A stretch of 64,000 bases of DNA from Planctomycetota bacterium. GTDB lineage: Bacteria; Planctomycetota; UBA11346. Both the position numbers and the translations under genes were made by a program. The first letter of the stretch is position 1. Each line of letters opens with the position of its first letter. The DNA is taken from NCBI GenBank assembly GCA_031426335.1, contig JANPLC010000241.1, positions 1,828 through 65,827 of the forward strand. Reading direction: 5' to 3'. This document shows, piece by piece, positions 59,209-64,000 of the stretch. The notes below the pieces were generated by a model. That model saw only the letters and a program-made list of their open reading frames with translations. It was not told the origin of the DNA and made no database searches.

Positions 59209-60398
59209 CGGCTTACCGCTGCGCCGGCCAAGCCGTCCTCGCCATCAACCCGCGGCGACTCGTCCACCACGATGCCAAGCTCACCAAGGAGCGACGCGGC
59301 CAGCGCCCTGCGCTTCGCCATGCTGTGCGTGTGCCATGCCGCCAGCGCCATACGGAAGCCCTTGGGCATTCGCACCGGGTCCTTGAGTGATCGCCGCCAG
59401 GCCAGAACGGCGGCGATCTCGCCCACTTGCATGCCGTCCGTGTCGCGTGCCCATTCGCCCTCCAGCCCAGGCGTGACGTTGAACGCAGCCACCACGGCCA
59501 TGGGGTCGCCGGCCTCCACCGCGCGCTTGAGCGCATCGGCGTCCAGTGCGTTGGCGCGCTGCCCTAGGACACTCGCGCTGGCCGCCTTGGCGGCTGGCCG
59601 TGGCGCATCGTGCGCCGGCTCGCCGTCCACCGTGAAGCACGGCGACGGCGGCGGCGTAGGAGAGGGATCTGATCCGATCCGATCTGATCCGATCTGATCT
59701 CTCCGCGACGAAACGTGCCGCGCATCGCGGTTCGTCGCGGCGTTGAAACGCATTTCATCCGCGTTTCCGTCCGTGCCTTCCTCCAGTGCCGTTTTCCTGG
59801 CGTGGCACGTCCGGCACAGCGTGGTCAAGTTGCTAGGGTCATTGTCTCCACCGGCTTCCAGCGACACCACGTGATCGCAATGGAGGTCGTCCACGCCTCC
59901 GCACCCCTCGACGGTGCACCTCCAACCGTCTCGTGTGAACACGTGCGCGCGGAGCTTCGCCCACTCGGCCTCCGTCATGCCGCGGCTATTGCGCCAGCGC
60001 CGGAGACGCTCGGCATCCTGCTCACGCTTGCGCTTCGCTGACTGTTTCTGGCCGGCGGCCTCGATCGCCTTGGCCGCAACCACGGGGTGATAGAGGCGGC
60101 CATCCGAGCACAGCACCCAGCCGCGCAGGCCGCCGGCCTCGCGGACTTTCTGCCAGCCTTTCACGTCGCGGCCGAATCCAAGATTGCGAGCCAACCACTT
60201 GTCATCGTTCGGCAGGCTCGCCGCCGGCACCTGGTGCCACGACACGCACCACGAGAGCACGGCGACACGGAACGCCTCGGCCTCTGGCAGGCCGGACAAC
60301 TCGCTGTCGCGCAATCGCACGACATCCAGCGCCATGTACTGGAAGCCGCGTAGGTCGACGTGTGGGGGAACGGGTGGGTCTGGTAGCGTTGTGGTCAT
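59205..60398 (-). CDS. DUF1376-like / HNH endonuclease / C-terminal domain fusion protein
   Basis: Preferred start is ATG 60398; the ORF track's 60437 overlaps the upstream gene. 'FQYMALDVVRLRDSELSGL..EAFRVAVLSWCVSW' is DUF1376-like. 'WRCTVEGCGGVDDLHCDHVVSLEAGGDNDPSNLTTLCRTCHARKT' is an HNH motif. Confidence 0.75.
   Translation of the reverse strand: MTTTLPDPPVPPHVDLRGFQYMALDVVRLRDSELSGLPEAEAFRVAVLSWCVSWHQVPAASLPNDDKWLARNLGFGRDVKGWQKVREAGGLRGWVLCSDGRLYHPVVAAKAIEAAGQKQSAKRKREQDAERLRRWRNSRGMTEAEWAKLRAHVFTRDGWRCTVEGCGGVDDLHCDHVVSLEAGGDNDPSNLTTLCRTCHARKTALEEGTDGNADEMRFNAATNRDARHVSSRRDQIGSDRIGSDPSPTPPPSPCFTVDGEPAHDAPRPAAKAASASVLGQRANALDADALKRAVEAGDPMAVVAAFNVTPGLEGEWARDTDGMQVGEIAAVLAWRRSLKDPVRMPKGFRMALAAWHTHSMAKRRALAASLLGELGIVVDESPRVDGEDGLAGAAVSR
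59666..59700. repeat. Pentanucleotide tandem repeat (GATCY)x7 inside a coding sequence
   Basis: gatct gatcc gatcc gatct gatcc gatct gatct. Seven GATC sites in 35 bp, encoding 'RDQIGSDRIGSD'. Confidence 0.9.
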
Positions 60399-60402
60399 TG
60401 GT

Positions 60403-60861
60403 CTAGGCTTGCTGGTTGGTTTTTGTAACGGCGACAAATGGCCCCGGCGTCAGGTTCGGCGGAAGGTCCGGCACATCGCTGGCCGTGATCACAAACGAAA
60501 GCGGCGGCCTCATGCACTCGGCAACCACCAGTCGCTCCGTGGTCTTTTCCAGCTCGTCCAGCAAGAGACGAACAAACGGCCCCAGGCGCATGCCCGCCAT
60601 CACCGCGGCCTGGGCCATCACGTTGTTGCGGTAACGATCGCGCCCCACCGTCTCAATGGTGACTGGTCCGCCATCATGCTCCGGCGCTCCCAGCGTCGCG
60701 TTGCACGTCTCGCATCGGCGCTCGTGCCGCTTACGCTGATGAATGCCGCACTCCTCACACAGCACGGTGGGCGATGGCGCAGGCGCCGGCACAAAGCCGC
60801 GGTCTAGATGCTTGGGATATGCCGGCCACGGCTCGCTGCCCGCTGTTCCTTGTCGCGTCAT
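60403..60861 (-). CDS. Hypothetical protein with a zinc-ribbon motif
   Basis: Internal ATG at 60861 (ATGA coupling). 'LCEECGIHQRKRHERRCETCNATL'. Confidence 0.45.
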   Translation of the reverse strand: MTRQGTAGSEPWPAYPKHLDRGFVPAPAPSPTVLCEECGIHQRKRHERRCETCNATLGAPEHDGGPVTIETVGRDRYRNNVMAQAAVMAGMRLGPFVRLLLDELEKTTERLVVAECMRPPLSFVITASDVPDLPPNLTPGPFVAVTKTNQQA

Positions 60862-61265
60862 GGCGTCCCCTTCGTCTGCATGATCAGCATGCGCGCCGTC
60901 TCGATCTGCGCGGCGGTTACGTTCGTTCCGAGGAGGTCGCACAGCGCATCGCGGAGCTGTTCGTAGCTCGGCAGTCGGTCGCCGCTGACACGTGCGCCGA
61001 CCATCTTGAGCGCGCGGCGTGCATGCTCGCCACATTCGCCCAGGTGCGTGGGTGACCATGCGCCAGCAATTCCGGCAATCGTGCGCAGCGTCGCCACGAC
61101 ATCGCCAAACAGATTCCAGCGCCGCACCATCTCGCCGTGCATCGCCTCGTTATAGACAAGGAGCGCCACGGACTCGTCCGCGTCCTGCCAAACGCGCATG
61201 CCGTCGAACTCCAGGCCAGCGGCCGGCACCGGGCAGATTTGAAACGGGAACTCCTGGCCGCTCAT
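60858..61265 (-). CDS. Hypothetical phage protein
   Basis: Start chosen at ATG 61265, just after the upstream stop at 61270. No motifs. Confidence 0.4.
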   Translation of the reverse strand: MSGQEFPFQICPVPAAGLEFDGMRVWQDADESVALLVYNEAMHGEMVRRWNLFGDVVATLRTIAGIAGAWSPTHLGECGEHARRALKMVGARVSGDRLPSYEQLRDALCDLLGTNVTAAQIETARMLIMQTKGTP

Positions 61266-61269
61266 GGCG

Positions 61270-61491
61270 TCACCGTCGCCCATTTCTCTCCGTCCCACTT
61301 GCACTTAGCCAAGGCGAACGCGCCGCGTCGTCGCGCGCATAGATGAGAGCGGCCGAACGCTTCCCGGCCGCAACCGTCTCGCAGAAATTGAACGTTATAG
61401 AGGTTCCTTTTTTGCCCGAGGAGTGAACGGAAAACGAGGAAAGGAATTGGCCCTTGCCGTCGCTGATTGCATACACGTTAGGGTCGCTCAT
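61270..61491 (-). CDS. Hypothetical small protein
   Basis: 73-aa ORF. The ATG overlaps the upstream stop (ATGA). Confidence 0.35.
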   Translation of the reverse strand: MSDPNVYAISDGKGQFLSSFSVHSSGKKGTSITFNFCETVAAGKRSAALIYARDDAARSPWLSASGTERNGRR

Positions 61492-62474
61492 GGCCGTTTT
61501 CCTGTTGTGATGTTTTCACGAATGAGCGGCAGCAACCGCATATCCTCTGGCGTCTTTGGGTGCCCGTTGGTCGACAGCCGTTCCAATGCCGCCTCAACCA
61601 ACGCCCGCCGGATCCCATTTCCCGGCCGGTGACCTTTCGACGGTCCGCGGTGACGGTCGGGACACTTCGCGGCCAGCTTTTGATACCACGACGGGTTGCG
61701 CCCATCCAACGCACGCACCATGTGGCCCTCGTACATCGGCCGCGGCGCTGGCAGGAGCACGACGCCAAGCCGTTGCTCGCCCAGCTCCACCAACAACTGG
61801 TTGGCAGCCTCGCGCTCTGCCGCGGTCAACTTCGGCACCACCTGCCACATGGCCGAACCGCGGAACGTCGCGCGCACGTCGTGCCCGTACACCTGCGCAC
61901 GTGCCGCGTAGTCGCCTACCCAGGTCGCATCCAGGCCGGCGATTCGCTCGATGGCGCCCCACGGCATGCGATAGCCGAGCGGCCCGCCGTCCCACATGGC
62001 GCGCGGCTCCTGCGTGCGTGCCCAGGCGCGCACCTTGCAGGACCGCACCACGATCACCTGGAAGCGCGGCGAGGCGAGCGCGGCGCGAATGGCGAACAAT
62101 TGCGCCGGCAGCGCCGGCAACGGACAGGTGGTGCGGACGAACGCGTAGAACAGCCGCGCGCCGCCTTCCTCTAACTCGCGGTCCTTGGTCAGCCGCTTGG
62201 CGAACAGCAACGCGCCGGTGTGCCGACAGCTCTTTACCTCGACATAATGCGCGCCCTCAAGCGGCTGATGCGTCAACTCGACATCGGGGCACACGTCCGC
62301 CTGACTGTCGATCTGGTGGCGAATGCCGCGCAGGCACCGCACCACCAACTCCTCGCACCAATCGCCCATCACCGTCCGCATCTGCGCGGAGGTCTCTATG
62401 GTGCGATCTCCAACCCACTCCCATATGGGGAGCTGGTCGCCTTCCTTGCGAGCCGAGACGCGGAGCGCGGTCAT
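61488..62474 (-). CDS. PD-(D/E)XK nuclease-like protein
   Basis: Internal ATG at 62474 ('MTALRVSARKEGDQLPIWEW...'). 'DVCPDVELTHQPLEGAHYVEVKSC' gives a D...(D/E)xK arrangement. The remainder is unassigned. Confidence 0.45.
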   Translation of the reverse strand: MTALRVSARKEGDQLPIWEWVGDRTIETSAQMRTVMGDWCEELVVRCLRGIRHQIDSQADVCPDVELTHQPLEGAHYVEVKSCRHTGALLFAKRLTKDRELEEGGARLFYAFVRTTCPLPALPAQLFAIRAALASPRFQVIVVRSCKVRAWARTQEPRAMWDGGPLGYRMPWGAIERIAGLDATWVGDYAARAQVYGHDVRATFRGSAMWQVVPKLTAAEREAANQLLVELGEQRLGVVLLPAPRPMYEGHMVRALDGRNPSWYQKLAAKCPDRHRGPSKGHRPGNGIRRALVEAALERLSTNGHPKTPEDMRLLPLIRENITTGKRP

Positions 62475-62632
62475 CCGTGCGCCCTCCCGGCCATGAAGCC
62501 GCACAGCACGCACAGCAACGGGAACCACAGCCAAATGGTCATGCCGGCGATGAGCACCAGCGGCAGACAGACGAGGCCGAACGCCTGGACGGCCGTATCC
62601 AGGCCGCGAACGACGGAGCGCAGTGCGGTCAT
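62471..62632 (-). CDS. Small two-TM membrane protein
   Basis: Internal ATG at 62632, coupled on both sides. 'AFGLVCLPLVLIAGMTIWLWFPLLCVLCGFMAG'. Confidence 0.4.
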   Translation of the reverse strand: MTALRSVVRGLDTAVQAFGLVCLPLVLIAGMTIWLWFPLLCVLCGFMAGRAHG

Positions 62633-63948
62633 GCCGCACCCTTTTGCGCCGCCGGCAGGTTCGCCGCCACGATTGCGCGAGCGACGGGCGGACACACCGC
62701 GTTGCCGATCCGCTCAACCTGCTGCGCTATGGTTCCGTCCAGCTCGTAGCTATCTGGAAAGCCCATCGCTCGCGCCAGCTCGCGCGGAGCGAGCATGCGC
62801 GTTCCGATGTCGACCACGAACCGCTCCACGCCATCGGCCAGGACCACGCACACCGGACGCAGTCGACCGGCGACGGTTAGCCACCGCACCGGCGCGTCCG
62901 GCACGAATCGCAGCACCCAACGCGCAACACGGACCGCTGCGCCGATGTCGTTCCCCGCCTGTGCCTGGACCAATCCCAAGCGCGCCTTGCAGGTGATGGT
63001 GTGCGCCGGTTGGTCGCATCGCTGCCACTGCCCGCCGCTCTTGTAGAACTTCACCAGGAACGCGAAGCCCACCGCATGATGGTCGCGCGTGGTAATTGTC
63101 CCAAGCGGCCGGCGCATGTCGTGACCGATGACGCCCGTGTAATGCTTCACCACCCACGCCGCGCCCTTCGGCACCATGTAGGGGTTCCCGCCCAGCACGT
63201 AGCGCACAAACCCGATGGCCTGCCGCTTCTGACTGTTGAGTGCCGGCGGTTTCTTGCCGAAAATCGAACGCGGCTCCTTGCTCCAGTCGATGCAGCCGCC
63301 AACGGTCAGCCACGGCCGCGCAAGGCCTGGTCCATGCGTCGCCGCCGGCCACGTGATCGGCTCGCCGTCGCAGCGCATGACCATGTAGAGCCGGCGGCGA
63401 GTGGTCGGCGTGCCGTAGTCGCAAGCGTCCAGCTCGCGCCATTCGATTTCATAGCCGCGCGTCCGTATCTTCTCCACGAACTCAGCGAACAGCCGCCCGC
63501 GCTTCTCCGGTATTGGCTGCCCGCGCTCGTCCAGGTCGCCCCAATCCTGGAACTCCTCGACGTTTTCCAGCGATGCGATGCGCGGGCGCACTTCATCAAT
63601 CCACTTGACCAACACATTGGCCAACCCGCGGCGCTGGTTGTCGCGCGGCTTCCCGCCCTTGGCCTTGCTGTGGTCCGTGCAATCGGGGCTCACATGAATC
63701 CAGCGGTAAAAGCCGGACCCCATCTCCTGGCTGAGGTGAAGTTGCCAAACGTCTTCCAGGAAATGGCGCGTCCCGGCGTGATTGCGCCCATGCAGATGGA
63801 TCGCGTGCGCGTCGTGGTTACATGCCCAATCCACCGGCTTGCCCGCGGCCTGCTTGAAGCCTTCGCACCAGCCGCCGAATCCAGCAAAGCCGCAGCCGTC
63901 GATGCCTTCGGCTGGAATCACGGTGCAACCTCGCCCATCACGGGGCAC
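62629..63948 (-). CDS. DNA (cytosine-5) methyltransferase
   Basis: Motif I 'GFAGFGGW', motif IV-like 'HVSPDCTDHSKAKGG', motif VI 'LENVEEF', and a late 'GNAVCPPVA' (motif X). GTG start. Confidence 0.8.
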   Translation of the reverse strand: MPRDGRGCTVIPAEGIDGCGFAGFGGWCEGFKQAAGKPVDWACNHDAHAIHLHGRNHAGTRHFLEDVWQLHLSQEMGSGFYRWIHVSPDCTDHSKAKGGKPRDNQRRGLANVLVKWIDEVRPRIASLENVEEFQDWGDLDERGQPIPEKRGRLFAEFVEKIRTRGYEIEWRELDACDYGTPTTRRRLYMVMRCDGEPITWPAATHGPGLARPWLTVGGCIDWSKEPRSIFGKKPPALNSQKRQAIGFVRYVLGGNPYMVPKGAAWVVKHYTGVIGHDMRRPLGTITTRDHHAVGFAFLVKFYKSGGQWQRCDQPAHTITCKARLGLVQAQAGNDIGAAVRVARWVLRFVPDAPVRWLTVAGRLRPVCVVLADGVERFVVDIGTRMLAPRELARAMGFPDSYELDGTIAQQVERIGNAVCPPVARAIVAANLPAAQKGAA

Positions 63949-64000
63949 ACCACGCCAGCCTTGGCCAGTTGCTCCGCCTCCGTGGCATTTCCTCCGGCCG

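Larger units (their letters stand above)
35385..64000 (-). mobile_element. Lambda-like siphovirus prophage (partial; continues beyond the window)
   Basis: Contiguous minus-strand modules: early/modification genes, HNH, GpA-type large terminase, gpW-like, lambda-family portal, S49 protease/scaffold, capsid, connectors, major tail, G/GT chaperone with slippery site, tape measure, distal tail genes. Many ATGA/GTGA start-stop overlaps. Confidence 0.85.

Overview
High-GC bacterial window. The ECF/FecR/DUF1080/Calx-beta gene content suggests a PVC-type (Verrucomicrobia/Planctomycetes-like) genome, but this is a guess. All domain calls come from reading motifs in the supplied translations; no searches were run. 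The window has three parts. (1) 1-11.7 kb is chromosomal. It holds two convergent ECF sigma/anti-sigma operons whose anti-sigma factors carry carbohydrate-type C-terminal domains (GH5-like, DUF1080). Between them lie two paralogous secreted CBM-like proteins, a MORN-variant lipoprotein, an outer-membrane beta-barrel and a short zone of decayed genes. (2) 11,754-35,384 is a ~23.6-kb integrative element. It is bounded by a perfect 16-bp direct repeat (AAAGTTACCCCGCCTG). The left copy sits in a D-arm-less tRNA-like sequence, and matching tandem 11-mer arm repeats lie inside both ends. Its backbone is a tyrosine integrase at one end and two AlpA/excisionase-like HTH genes, a VapE/P4-type primase-helicase and iteron-like repeats at the other. 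Its cargo is a 4,770-aa Sec-signal polymorphic toxin: lectin-like domains, ~17 Calx-beta repeats, ~1,700 aa of unassigned sequence, a pretoxin-HINT domain and an xHH nuclease-like tip. A SUKH/SMI1-KNR4-type immunity gene follows the toxin, and two signal-peptide-bearing phage-tail-fibre-like proteins and an SNase-like protein lie upstream. The 3' third of the toxin gene plus the immunity gene form a lower-GC cassette that ends at a perfect 33-bp-arm hairpin beside a RAYT transposase remnant. (3) 35,385 to the window edge is a lambda-like siphovirus prophage, entirely on the minus strand, running from the tail genes through head and terminase genes to early genes. It starts directly at the right att repeat, which suggests tandem occupation of one att site and a possible satellite/helper pair. 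No rRNA, canonical tRNA or CRISPR array was seen.
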